A stretch of DNA of 63,458 nt, counting the filler, from Octopus bimaculoides (lineage: Eukaryota), in assembly GCF_001194135.2 (NCBI RefSeq). It is 8 parts of 7 records of this genome, joined end to end, with 100 filler letters (N's around TTAATTAATTAA, not from the genome) between each part and the next. Parts side by side here need not be neighbours in the genome. Positions count along the whole stretch, not along the records: positions 12,540 to 30,519 come from NC_068982.1; positions 30,620 to 41,545 come from NC_069002.1; 6 more parts are not named here. One strand, given 5' to 3'. Under the pieces are notes generated by a model, which worked only from the letters and a program-made list of their open reading frames with translations, had not been told where the DNA came from and searched no databases. Below, piece by piece: positions 25,411-38,467 of the stretch (its first letter is position 1; the number at the start of each line of letters is the position of its first letter). Made by a program: the position numbers and the translations under genes.

Positions 25411-26778
25411 GCGCACGCGTGTGTNNNNNNNNNNNNNNNNNNNNNNNNNNNNNNNNNNNNNNNNNNNNNNNNNNNNNNNNNNNNNNNNNNNNNNNNNNNN
25501 NNNNNNNNNNNNNNNNNNNNNNNNNNNNNNNNNNNNNNNNNNNNNNNNNNNNNNNNNNNNNNNNNNNNNNNNNNNNNNNNNNNNNNNNNNNNNNNNNNNN
25601 NNNNNNNNNNNNNNNNNNNNNNNNNNNNNNNNNNNNNNNNNNNNNNNNNNNNNNNNNNNNNNNNNNNNNNNNNNNNNNNNNNNNNNNNNNNNNNNNNNNN
25701 NNNNNNNNNNNNNNNNNNNNNNNNNNNNNNNNNNNNNNNNNNNNNNNNNNNNNNNNNNNNNNNNNNNNNNNNNNNNNNNNNNNNNNNNNNNNNNNNNNNN
25801 NNNNNNNNNNNNNNNNNNNNNNNNNNNNNNNNNNNNNNNNNNNNNNNNNNNNNNNNNNNNNNNNNNNNNNNNNNNNNNNNNNNNNNNNNNNNNNNNNNNN
25901 NNNNNNNNNNNNNNNNNNNNNNNNNNNNNNNNNNNNNNNNATATATATATATATATATATAATTATTATTATTAAGCCCTAAATTTAGCTTTCGAAATAT
26001 TTTGAAACGTTTCCTCCCAAATGTACATATTTTAAATGTGCAGGTTTTCGTCTTAAAAATAACAAGCGTGTGTGTGTGTGCGTGCGTGTGTGTGTGCGTG
26101 TATGTCATAATAGTTGAATAACCTTGGAGAAAATATTTGGTTATTGAAGAAGGGTTTTGTTGTTGTTGTTGTTGTTGTTTTTTATTCTTGGAGAAAGATT
26201 TGTCTTCAAAAATAGAAAATTTCTGATTCAGCAATATTGTCCAAGTATCATTTACAATAAAACAACCTATTTTTCGTGTTCTGTGAAGAGTATGATTAAC
26301 ATTGTGGAACTCTAATGTATTTCGAAACCTCTTATGTGACTGTCTTTGGTGTGTGCGCGCGTTTGTGTGTATGTATTGCCTTGGGATTTAACATACTTCC
26401 CAAGTTTTACAAAGGACTGACAAAACAAAACAAAGAGATGCCAAATAATATTATATCAACTTATATTTGCGTGTATATGTCCATACACGTGTAAGTGTTT
26501 TTTTTGTTTTATTTATTTTTATTTATTTTTTGTATGGCATTTCTCGAAAATTACCAATTAAATCTCTCAGCACTTACATTATAATAAACACATAAACAAG
26601 CATTGAAACTTAGAGGATGTTAGTGTGTGAGATATTACTATGTTTTTATTTTATAGGATTTCCAAGTCCAAAATAAATATAATACATAGATGCATGCATA
26701 CATACATACATATTTAGGCACAAGGGTTGCTGTGTGATAAGAAACTTGCTTCCCAACCACACGGTTCCAGGTTTCAGT

Positions 26779-26833
<55 letters not shown>

Positions 26834-27539
26834 NNNNNNNNNNNNNNNNNNNNNNNNNNNNNNNNNNNNNNNNNNNNNNNNNNNNNNNNNNNNNNNNNNN
26901 NNNNNNNNNNNNNNNNNNNNNNNNNNNNNNNNNNNNNNNNNNNNNNNNNNNNNNNNNNNNNNNNNNNNNNNNNNNNNNNNNNNNNNNNNNNNNNNNNNNN
27001 NNNNNNNNNNNNNNNNNNNNNNNNNNNNNNNNNNNNNNNNNNNNNNNNNNNNNNNNNNNNNNNNNNNNNNNNNNNNNNNNNNNNNNNNNNNNNNNNNNNN
27101 NNNNNNNNNNNNNNNNNNNNNNNNNNNNNNNNNNNNNNNNNNNNNNNNNNNNNNNNNNNNNNNNNNNNNNNNNNNNNNNNNNNNNNNNNNNNNNNNNNNN
27201 NNNNNNNNNNNNNNNNNNNNNNNNNNNNNNNNNNNNNNNNNNNNNNNNNNNNNNNNNNNNNNNNNNNNNNNNNNNNNNNNNNNNNNNNNNNNNNNNNNNN
27301 NNNNNNNNNNNNNNNNNNNNNNNNNNNNNNNNNNNNNNNNNNNNNNNNNNNNNNNNNNNNNNNNNNNNNNNNNNNNNNNNNNNNNNNNNNNNNNNNNNNN
27401 NNNNNNNNNNNNNNNNNNNNNNNNNNNNNNNNNNNNNNNNNNNNNNNNNNNNNNNNNNNNNNNNNNNNNNNNNNNNNNNNNNNNNNNNNNNNNNNNNNNN
27501 NNNNNNNNNNNNNNNNNNNNNNNNNNNNNNNNNNNNNNA

Positions 27540-27693
27540 CGACGGGCTTCTTTCAGTTTCCGTCTACCAAACCCACTCACAAGGCTTTGGTTGGCCCGAG
27601 TCTATAGTAGAAGACACTTTCCCAAGGTGCCACGCAGTGGGACTGAACCCAGAACTATGTGGTTGGTAAGCAAGCTACTTACCACACAGCCAC
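27540..27693 (-). mobile_element. SINE family B head (young copy)
   Basis: 'gacgggcttctttcagtttccgtctacc...gtgggactgaaccc...accacacagccact'. Confidence 0.85.
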
Positions 27694-28348
27694 TTATAAA
27701 ATAATAATTAAAAAAAGATATATATTTATATCTTTGTTTTGAAAATAACGAGCGTTACTGAAGCTATTGTTAACTAGCCAATCTATGACCCCCCCCCCCT
27801 GCTAGGACACCTTTGTATGCATAGGAGTAATATTTGCCGTGAACTTTTCATGTTACATATTCGAGGCATTGTCAATACAACATTGGAGACTCCTCACTTT
27901 CTGCTTAAAACATGATTCATTTTGTTTAAAGATAATTATTTTCCTATCTGGTTTCAATGTCTTCAGATAAGGCACTTCTGAAATGATTTATTACATTCTC
28001 TTGTAAGATATCATGTCCTTAATTTTTTGCTTTTTTTCACAGCATTCTGTTGCTTTTTATTTCCAACTTGTTGTTTGCTGGTACCTCTCTCATTCTTGTT
28101 ACTCACACACACTGTCTGTCGTTCTAAACTCTCCACCAAGTATTGTATATGCATCTTATTTTCTTTACTGATTAAAAATAATTTCATCTTCCCCAAAAAT
28201 ACACAACTACGGCTTATCTTCTCCGCAGTATTTGAAAATTATGTATTAGAAGCCTTCACATAGAATGGAGTTTAAAATGATTGGTTGACTTGAAGAAAAA
28301 GCATAACTTAATCAAATATAAACTTGAAGAATAGATGACGTTCTGAGT

Positions 28349-28392
<44 letters not shown>

Positions 28393-30104
28393 ACGCACGC
28401 ACGCACATGTGTTTACACACATGCGCGCCGTAGACAAGTAACCTTCGTTTTCTGATTAGGAAACCGGAAATATGAATTTTAGTCTCGTTACAATTTCCCT
28501 TTCCTTTTATTTTTTAACGGGTTTTCCTTACCCTTTTAGTAATTCGTATGATTTCACATCCTTTATTGTTGCGTGGTTTCTTTGGACAAGACATTTACAT
28601 CTAGTTTTTTCTTCAGTTTTTTCCGTTTTCAAGCAATCGAGCTGTGGAAAATTAATCAACAGATATAATAGTAAATTACCTGCAGTAAATTATATCTTCC
28701 ATTACCTCAACAAAATTCGAAATCTTAGAAACGGCTATGGCTTATAAGGTGAGTAACCTGGTTTACACCTCGGTTCAAGTTTATTTTATTTATGAACACC
28801 ACTAACTCGCTTGGTCAGAATGCACTTAAAGTTATGCTCGCTTGTTGACCACAAGGCAATATTTACTGTGAATGATTATGAATAACAACGAAAGATACAT
28901 TTCTTTTTCCTCTCTTAGTTAAATCTAATTCAAATGCTTGACTCGATTCTATATTGTAGTCAATATACGGAACAGGTATATAAGTTCCTGGGGATAAGTA
29001 TAACTAAATATCAACAATCTCATTATCTTGCCTAGTTCATAACTCTAACACTTTGATGTTCTCTTCATCAATTGCTCTAAAACTTTGTGATTGCCTAAAA
29101 AAAAAATTGGTTGGGGAAGGTGACCTAGAACAGTTATATGCTTTGTATTGTTCAAAGTATCAAGATTTTAAAATGATTTATAGAAATATACATGCTCCAA
29201 TTTAAAAGAGAACTTTACTTCAGTTAAACAGACCATAAAGTTTATAAACGCTGATTGATATACAATAATTATTTTGGTGGAAAATATTTCAGTAGGTATA
29301 AAACGAAGGAAATTGCCAAGTTAAAATATTAAATTTGCATTAAAAGCAGAAACTAAAGCTTCTAATGAGAAGTCATGACCTAGAATGTACTTTAAATATT
29401 TCGTTAATCTTAGTTCCAGAGTAGGGAAGCAAATGGCTGGTCATTGGTCAGGGGATAGGGGGATGCTGCTCTACAAAACATAACTTCAGTAAATGTAAAC
29501 CTCAAGAATGAGTGAAGTTATGTATAAACTCTCATCTCTCACCCACACATACACACATTATGTTAACGCAAAATAGGTCTGTGTATGAGGGCATTTCATT
29601 GTGCGTATCAGTGTGAAATTAAAAGTGTAGGTTTGTGTAGGCAGATGTATACAAGTCTGAAGATAATGGTTTTAAATTATAATTAAGCCAACCGAAACAA
29701 CTTAACGAGATGATGATTAGTAACAACTAATTAATTATCATTTCATTAAAATTTCTTTAGGATTAGGTCAAAACCTATCATCCTTTGTTTCTCTCTTTCC
29801 CTCTCACTCATTCTTTATCCCTCTTTTCTCTCTCTTTCTCTCTCTCATTTCATAAAACTTTCTAGTTAAAATTTCTCTTTATATCCAATCACATTTGATT
29901 CTAAAGTACAAATGTATTACATAGATGTATGTTGTCTATATATATGTGTATATATGCATACATACAGGTGCACACACACACACACAAACAAACATCAAAT
30001 ACACATATACACATACACGCAAACACACATTCTATTCTATGTTATATTATGTATCTATCTAGATGTGTGTGCGCGTGCGCGCGCGCGCGCGTGCGTGTGT
30101 GTGT

Positions 30105-30420
30105 GTGGCCAAGTAGTTAAGAAGTTCGCTTCGTAATCAGAAATCTCCGGATACGATCCCACTGCGTAGCATCTAGGGCAAATGTCAGTTTTTGCAGCCT
30201 AAGGTCGATCCAGGCCTTGTACGTGAGACTGGGTTGACGGACAAAAAGTGTAGAGAAACTCACCGCATGGATTGGACTTGTAACATTCTTGTCACACACT
30301 GTATCATGTTGATTCTGTTTGTGAATTATGTTAAGAGCTCATGTGTCTGTGGAATGCTTATTCAGCTAATTCATTTGGTCGAATAAGAAATTACTCATAT
30401 ACTTACAGCCCGAACCGACA
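30105..30420 (+). mobile_element. Decayed SINE (family B-like head, family C-like tail)
   Basis: Head 'gtggccaagtagttaagaag...gatacgatcccactgcg'; tail 'gtcacacactgt...gtgtctgtggaatgct' shared with the 59460 element. Confidence 0.5.
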
Positions 30421-30451
30421 GCGATCCACCTACTCTTCCATCCCCGCGTAA

Positions 30452-30483
<32 letters not shown>

Positions 30484-30484
30484 G

Positions 30485-30519
<35 letters not shown>

Positions 30520-30619
30520 NNNNNNNNNNNNNNNNNNNNNNNNNNNNNNNNNNNNNNNNNNNNTTAATTAATTAANNNNNNNNNNNNNNNNNNNNNNNNN
30601 NNNNNNNNNNNNNNNNNNN
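30520..30619. other. Artificial 100-bp join linker
   Basis: TTAATTAATTAA at 30564-30575 within 44N/44N. Confidence 0.95.
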
Positions 30620-30674
<55 letters not shown>

Positions 30675-31013
30675 AAGTATGGATATACATATATGTGTGT
30701 GTGTCTGTCTGTGTGTAAGTATTTGTGTGCGGACAAACGCATCCATATTGACAAATATCTCTAGATTCACATGGAAAATATATGAATGTGTATATATGTG
30801 TTCCTGTGTGCACCTGTGTATGTATAGCAGGCAAGCTGTGTTGTTGCTGACATGATGCATATGTACAAATATAGACACACAGACAGATAGCAAGATAGAT
30901 AGGTACATACACATATATATATATATATACATTCATAACCATATATATATGTGTGTGTGTGTGTGTATGTATGTATATGTACACACATAGGCATATATGT
31001 ACATATATGTCAA

Positions 31014-31070
<57 letters not shown>

Positions 31071-31566
31071 GTATGTATTTCTACGCATATATAAGAATGT
31101 GTGTGTGTGTGTGTGTGTAACTGCGTGTGTAACTGAGGTGTGTAACTGTGTATATATCATATACACTGCGATGTATATTAGAAGAAATAATGTTGAAATG
31201 ATTGGCAAGGAATGACAGAGGAGATACTAAATAAGATATGACCGCAATATCTATCAAGTGCTCCAGAGTTGATCTGAACGTTGCGTGACTCGATGCAGCT
31301 ACGATTTTAATGGCCTTACAGAGTTAATTAACCGAGGTGCACACATGCACATATACACATCAACGCTATTACACATGTACGCACTTATACTCACACACCA
31401 ACACACCCACACACTTACATAAGTATCCACATACGCATGCGCATACTTACAAGTACTTAGCTCTTATTTACTCTGATTCTGGTTTCATCTTATAAAGACC
31501 TGCATCGACGTCTATGTCTGTGTGTGTGCGTGCGTTACTGTATGTGTGCGTGTGTGTGTGCGTGTA

Positions 31567-31597
<31 letters not shown>

Positions 31598-32019
31598 GAG
31601 TGTGTCTACATAGAAATATATATGCATATTTTTCTTCTTTTACTCTTTTACTTGGTTGAGTCATTTGACTGCAGCCATGCTGGTGTACCGCCTTAAGAGA
31701 TTATAGTCGAAGTTATCGACCCCAATATTTATTTTTGGTAAGCCAGGTTCCATTTGCCGAACTGCTAAATTACGGAGACTATAACACACAGGTTCACATA
31801 ATTTTCAGTTCGCCTGCACGCACTTGCCCCCATTCACACATACACACTCACACACACCACACACACGCGCGCTTGCGCACCTTAGTTCGTTGGGACCACC
31901 ATTATCGTTATTATTATTATTATTGTTGCTGTTGTTGTTGTTGTTATTATCTCACTGTCATTCTGTCTCTTTTTTCCGGTCATCTCGTCATGTTGGACCT
32001 TTCAACTCTGTTTGTTTCT

Positions 32020-32140
32020 TCTTAATCCTTTCTGTTGAAGAGCATAGGTTCGAAACCTAAAAGACTTTTCCATTCTTCCCTAACGTTAAACTAATACACC
32101 TGCTTGTTGTTCCTACACCTGTCATCGTCTTTTGCTTTCA
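32020..32140 (+). repeat. Short interspersed repeat resembling a PLE pLTR end (degenerate HHR core)
   Basis: 'ctttctgttgaagagcataggttcgaaacctaaaaga...taaactaatacacctgcttgttgttcc'; a related inverted copy lies at about 52960-53043. Confidence 0.55.
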
Positions 32141-32422
32141 GTAAATCTGAATTATATATATATGTAGATGAAACAGGGACAACTGACGAAGGGGTATACT
32201 CTTTATGCTGCATGTCTCGTTTCTCTCTGTTTTTTTTTTCGTTGTTCGAAAAAAAGTTCGTTTTCTATATTTTCGTTTTTTTAATATGTTTTCTCGTTTT
32301 CATTGTGTTTAACGTTTTTTGTTATGTCCTGTACCCATATATGCATGTATGTACACACATATATATAGGTATGTACATATATGTATGGATATATGCATAT
32401 ATTTATATATTATTTATATTAT

Positions 32423-32582
32423 TATATAAATAAGACGGGCTTCTTTCAATTTTCATCAACCAAATAAACTCACAAGGTTTTGGTCGGCCCGAGAATATAG
32501 TAGAAGACACTTGCCCAATGTGCCACGCAATGGGACTGAACCCAAAACCCATCAAACTTCTTACCACACAGCCACTCCTGCT
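32423..32582 (-). mobile_element. SINE family B head
   Basis: 'gacgggcttctttc...gggactgaaccc...accacacagccactcctgc'. Confidence 0.8.
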
Positions 32583-32589
32583 TAATTTT

Positions 32590-33260
32590 TTTTTCAATCG
32601 CTATAGTTATTTCGCTTATTTCTTTTGTCATATTTTCTGTAAGCATCTTAGCTTTTTGTATCGTAACAGTTTTTCTTTTTTGTCTGTCTTTGCTCTTAGA
32701 GTTCTTGGGTATTTCAATATCAGATCTGAGAACACTAATTTTATTTCTAATTCTCTCTTGCCATATTGGATTCTTGTTTATATATTGAGACTTTCTTTTT
32801 ACTTCGATACCACACAGTGAAACGATTACTGAAACTGCAACATAAAACACATTATTCGGTGAGCAAAGAACTACTCCGTTTTCACTGAAGATGGATTCTA
32901 TAACTGCATTTACCTGGTCTAATAATCTATCATTTTGAGTTGCGAATCTTGAGAAGATCATTGCAATCTTCCAGTTCGGTGTGTTTGACCTTCAGAAAAT
33001 CTAATAGAATTTTCTTTTTAGATTATCAAGTTCAGTGTCTGTGTTTCCACATCGAATACAATCGCTTTCAATTACATCGGCATCTGGAGCAATTTCGCCG
33101 AGAACGTCGCTTTGGGTATGTGTCGTACTAGCTTCTACTTCCAATGTAGAAGGCTGTTGTATATCAATATTTTCATCCTTATTTCTATGGCTATTGGCCT
33201 GGACATACAACTGAATCTCTTAAATATACAGATCAGTCGACCACCGTTTCTTTATTAACA
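32590..33260 (-). mobile_element. Probable N-terminal ORF fragment of an R4/Dong-like LINE
   Basis: LDNLKRKFY...LLDQVNAVIESI...YVAVSVIV.LCG...KNPIWQERIRNKISVLRSDI resembles the 'P.W..R...KI..LR.D' block of R4-clade ORFs. Confidence 0.55.
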
Positions 33261-33442
33261 TTAGCAAACCTGTTTCTATGTTTGGTCTATTGGTACGGTT
33301 TTTCTTCGTCCAGTTTAAGTACGTTTGTTCCGTATTCGATCTAGCTGTTGGAAAGTACATTCAGCATCATCAATGTTGTTGTTATTGTCGTTGTTATTAT
33401 TATCATTGTCTCCTTTCAATTTTATTTCCATTTCTTGCCGAA

Positions 33443-33657
33443 ATGCGGCGTGCTGGCAGAAATGTTAGCACACGGGACGAAAGAAATGCTTAGCGGTATT
33501 TCGCCCGTCGCTACGTTCTGGTTTCAAACTCCGCAGAGGTCGACTTTGCCTTTTATCCTTTCGGAGTCGATAATTCAAGTACCAGCTACGCACTGGGGTC
33601 GATGAAATCGACTTAATCCCTTCCCTCAAATTTCAGGTCTTGTGCCTACAGTCGAAC
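33443..33657 (+). mobile_element. SINE family A
   Basis: 'gcggcgtgctggcagaaatgttagcac...gtcgactttgccttttatcctttcgg...ctggggtcgat'. Confidence 0.8.
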
Positions 33658-33719
33658 GGATTATTATAATTATCATCATCATCATCACTACCGTCGCCGT
33701 CGTCGTAATCGTGGTCATT

Positions 33720-33757
<38 letters not shown>

Positions 33758-34229
33758 TATCATCATCATCATCATCATCATCAATATTGTTAATGCTGTG
33801 TTGTTGTTGTTGCCGTTGCTTTTATAAGATTCATTTATTACGCTACACTATGAGGCAACGTATGTTAGTTTTGTTCAATTTATAAGTAGGATATCATACA
33901 ATAAAATATTCTCCGACACCTACATGTCTTATGGAAGATTTCACTGATATATCATAATGTAAAGTTATAAATGAGACAATGAACATTGAGGTTGCTACAA
34001 ACAATGAGATACCTTGTAAGTCCTATTAGATACTCAAAGATGGAAGGCTGATAATTATTTCTAACCAGCATTGTAAATTCACAGAGAAATTGTTCTAAAG
34101 TTTCTTATCAGACCATATAAGACTGGCCACGTTAGAGAGTTGCAGACATTCCTGGCACGGTGATGCTATCACACACGCGCGCGCGCGCGCGCTCTTTTCT
34201 TCCACTCTTTCTCTCTCTCTTTTTCTCCT

Positions 34230-34263
<34 letters not shown>

Positions 34264-34309
34264 TCTCACACTCCCATACACAAGCACATTACATACACAT
34301 TACGTCGGA

Positions 34310-34527
34310 AGTTGTATGTGGTCGCGTGGCCTGTTAGAAATACCAGCTAAGTATCACTTGAATCACAGCCATCAGAATATAAAACAAAAAAGAAAGGAGA
34401 CATTGGATATCGTGGTTGTAGATACCTTTGAATAATAAAGTGATAGGATGGTCACATTTAGAATGCTTTTGATGATAAGTTACGGGGAAGTAAACACACC
34501 AGCATCGGTTGCCAAGCGATGTTGGAC

Positions 34528-34591
<64 letters not shown>

Positions 34592-34730
34592 GCTTCTTTC
34601 AGTTTCCGTCTACCAAATCCACTCACAAGGTTTTGGTCGGCCCGAGGCTATAGTAGAAGACAGTTACTCAAGATGCCACGCAGTGGGACTGAACCCCGAA
34701 CCAAGCTACTTACCACACAGCCACTCCAGC
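34310..34730. mobile_element. Family D repeat fragment (+) abutting a SINE family B (-)
   Basis: 34310-34480 resembles the blocks at 17310-17480 and 35070-35240; 34480-34730 is a family B copy with an internal (CA)n. Confidence 0.6.
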
Positions 34731-36127
34731 GCCTATTGAGTATTGATTTTTTTTTTTACATAGACACCGTCTCGAATTTATTGATCCAAACAAATCAGTG
34801 CTATTTTATTTCATGTCCCCTGAAGGAATAAAAGCATTGGTGACGTTGGCAGGATTAGATGCTCCAAGAATTGGGTGATCAGCGCTGGTCATCTGTTCCT
34901 CAATGGAATTCGAACGCAGAAGGCAAAATGTCAGGACAGACACTAGCAGGAAATTCTCCTGCCAATCGATGGCCCTGAAATTTTGCCTTATCTACCTGCT
35001 TTACATTCGATCTGGAGACAAATGTCAGTGAGCTCACCCAAGATGAAGGCTTTATGTCGACTCTCGCCCTACTAAAATAACAGCTAAATCCTCCCTCAAG
35101 TTACACTTCAGCATCTTAAATAAGACAATGCATATTTGATAATACAATCATACATCCTGTTAATAAATGGGATGGGAATGACTTGAAAAGCATTTAATCA
35201 TACATTTGCGCGATTAGGATTGACCTGGGGTTAAATAGCAAAAGTAACGAATCAGAGAAGCGTGAAAATGCTACAGCGGCTACCAGTTCTATTCCATGGA
35301 AGTCGAGTCTCTGTTTCCGATCAAATTACAGGGTGAATTAGTTAAGATGGTGAATACGAGATGATAAAACTGTCTTCCATAAAACGCGTTAGTGTTATTG
35401 ACTATAGCTTTTCTCTTCTTAAACGATTGGTTGTATGAGTGACTTTAATTCTGCAAAGAAATGTTCAACACAACACTGGTAACGACCAGCATATCGAACT
35501 GAACGATTTTATTGTTGCTAATGTGGAGAAACGCAGTCATATTTTATTAATTGATCGTTTTCTGCCTCTATTTTAAGACCACTTTTGCGACCTTCAATCA
35601 TAATATTCTATATGATCTCCTCAAAGAAATACTGCTACTATTTGTGGTTGGTTCTATGCACAATTATTTCCTTATACTTTTTACTTTTAAAATTAAAGGT
35701 GATAGTTTGTCTGCTTCCTCGATTCACCTGTAATGTATCTCTAGTTTTTTTCTTTCCTTTTTTGCATAGTTATGGCAGATTCGTCTATGAAGTTTCCATT
35801 CAACTTTCATTTGATTTTCCAACTGCAAACTGTGAATATAATAGTTTCTTATTTAAACACATGGCTACCAATTTTGACGGGAGGAAGAAGAAAAGTCGAT
35901 ACCATCGACGCCGATATTTGATTGGTACTTTATTTTGTTGACACCGAAAGAATAAAAGGCAAGTTTGACCTCGGTAGGTTTTGAACTCATGGCTTCCACG
36001 TGAATGCTCTCCGTTTTTGTTTTATTTAGGTTTTTATCACAGAATTAAGGGCAGGTCTAATGATCTGTTGGTGGTCTCCGATATTCAAAGAGGAGAAAGG
36101 AGGAACGATAACTTCAGATGTGAGGCC

Positions 36128-36235
36128 TACGAGGGGGTACTGGAAAGTTCCTGGCTTTGAGGGTATTTCGAAAGGCCTGGTTAGAGGCCCAGGCTTCCAA
36201 GTTCTTTTACAGAACTTAAGAAAGCTGTTTTGGTT
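36128..36235 (+). mobile_element. mariner-type MITE, one end
   Basis: TACGAGGGGGTACTGGAAAGTTCCTGGCTTT matches the TIR of the 59005 element. Confidence 0.7.
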
Positions 36236-38405
36236 TGGTGCGATGATAGGACCTGTGCCCATAACCATTCCAGGATCTCCAATATTATTGACGCCATAGT
36301 AGTTGATATTTTTTGGAACAAGTGAATGAAAGAGAGGAAAACATAAGTCGGGATATATTCCAAGAAAGAAGTATTTCTGAGGAAGAATGAAAGGAGGGTA
36401 TGGTGAGTTGAATCCTTGTAAGGGGTGGGGTACACAAAAGAGGTAACGAAATTACGAAAAGTGAGAAAGTAAGGAACGTCTGTGTGGAGGATGACAAGAG
36501 AACAGATATTTATAAGAGCAGAGTTTAGTGTAAAATAAAGACAGATAGGAAGTAGCACGTTAGTGGACCGGAGAATCGAGACTGTCTGTGAGAGACCTCA
36601 TCAGTCGAGTAGTGTTTTGTTTTATAGTTTTTGTTTTAATTTTTATTTATATGTCCTTTTGTTTTTTTAAGCGACTTAAGATGTCTATATATGAACAGAG
36701 ATGACTCCTAGCTCTGTCTGGACAATGAGTAATTGAAAACAAAACAAAACAAAACTGACCACTTATAAATACACTTATAAAAAGTACAATTATCTACATA
36801 GTTAAGTTTTATTAGCAGAAAGAAGTATGAGACTAGAGCCTGCTACTAATTTATACTTACAACCACTTGATTTTTACACTAGATGTTTTAGCTAAGAAGT
36901 ATTTAGGCACAAAAGTAAATTAAGCATCCAAAAGATGATTTCATTTTTATTTTTTCATTGTTCTGTTGTCTTTTTATATTTAATATTGCATAACGAGACA
37001 GAAACAGATTGTTCACGTTGCTCGAAGCTAACTTCCTCTCGTCAGTTTGTGTTGCACGTAATTAGCCAGAAAAAAAACATCTATAAAAGACTTTTGTATG
37101 CATGTATATTTGTATGAAGGCAGATATGTATGTGTGTGTGTTTGTTGGTATGTACAATGTATGTATGCATGCATGCTTGTATGCATGTATGTATGAACGT
37201 ACGTATGTAGACATGCAGTTGCATGCAACCATGTATTAAGCACGCATACACGTGTGAGTACTTATATGTGTGTGTTGTGTGTTTGTGTATGTGTGTGTGT
37301 TTTACGTGTCTGTATGCATGTATGTGTTTATGAGCGTATATATATATAAATATATATATACGTGTGTGAGTGTGCGTGTGTATGTGTATGTGTGTGTGTA
37401 CATGATTCTGTATCTTAAAGCATATTTATATATATATATATATATATATATNNNNNNNNNNNNNNNNNNNNNNNNNNNNNNNNNNNNNNNNNNNNNNNNN
37501 NNNNNNNNNNNNNNNNNNNNNNNNNNNNNNNNNNNNNNNNNNNNNNNNNNNNNNNNNNNNNNNNNNNNNNNNNNNNNNNNNNNNNNNNNNNNNNNNNNNN
37601 NNNNNNNNNNNNNNNNNNNNNNNNNNNNNNNNNNNNNNNNNNNNNNNNNNNNNNNNNNNNNNNNNNNNNNNNNNNNNNNNNNNNNNNNNNNNNNNNNNNN
37701 NNNNNNNNNNNNNNNNNNNNNNNNNNNNNNNNNNNNNNNNNNNNNNNNNNNNNNNNNNNTATATACACGCATACACACACACACACACATTGGTTTTAAA
37801 TTGGTTTGCGAGATATGAGTGAAGCATCGTAAAGTAAATTGAGCACAAACATGAACGCCGAAACAATACGTTTTTAATAAACTATAATTTTCTCTCTTTC
37901 TTTTTTGTCTGTTTTTGTTTTGCTTTGTTTTTTCCTTATACATGATGCTTCGATCTAAACAGATCGTTTTTCGAATAAAACTGTCGAACATTAAAAAACC
38001 AAAAAAAGGCAGATTAACCGCTGGCTGTCGAGGTAGGTCTTAAAAATGTTCAAAATCAGACAGAACATAGGCCTGCTTATCAGTCTGTCTCTCCAGCGTT
38101 CCTTCAACTACAGTTCCTGCTTAAGTTATAATACATCACAGTATCAACCATAATGCTTGAGTTTATCGAACAACGAGAAAGTTACTATTTACAGAAGGTT
38201 AGTGACACCCTTCCGTAGATGAATCTTCTGAGAGGTTCGAAGCACCCAGCAGTCCATGGAATCTTTGAGTAAGGTAACTGCTAATTATCCCGGCGCGATA
38301 TATTACACACACGCACGCGTTTGAGTGCGTGTGTGTGTGTGCACGTGAATGGTATGTGTGTCTGTCTGTCTGTCTGTATGTATGTGTATATATATATATA
38401 TATAT

Positions 38406-38467
<62 letters not shown>

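Noticed and set aside
36560-36610. Minus-strand CTGATGAG as another hammerhead
   Set aside because: No GAAA core or helix III follows at a usable position.
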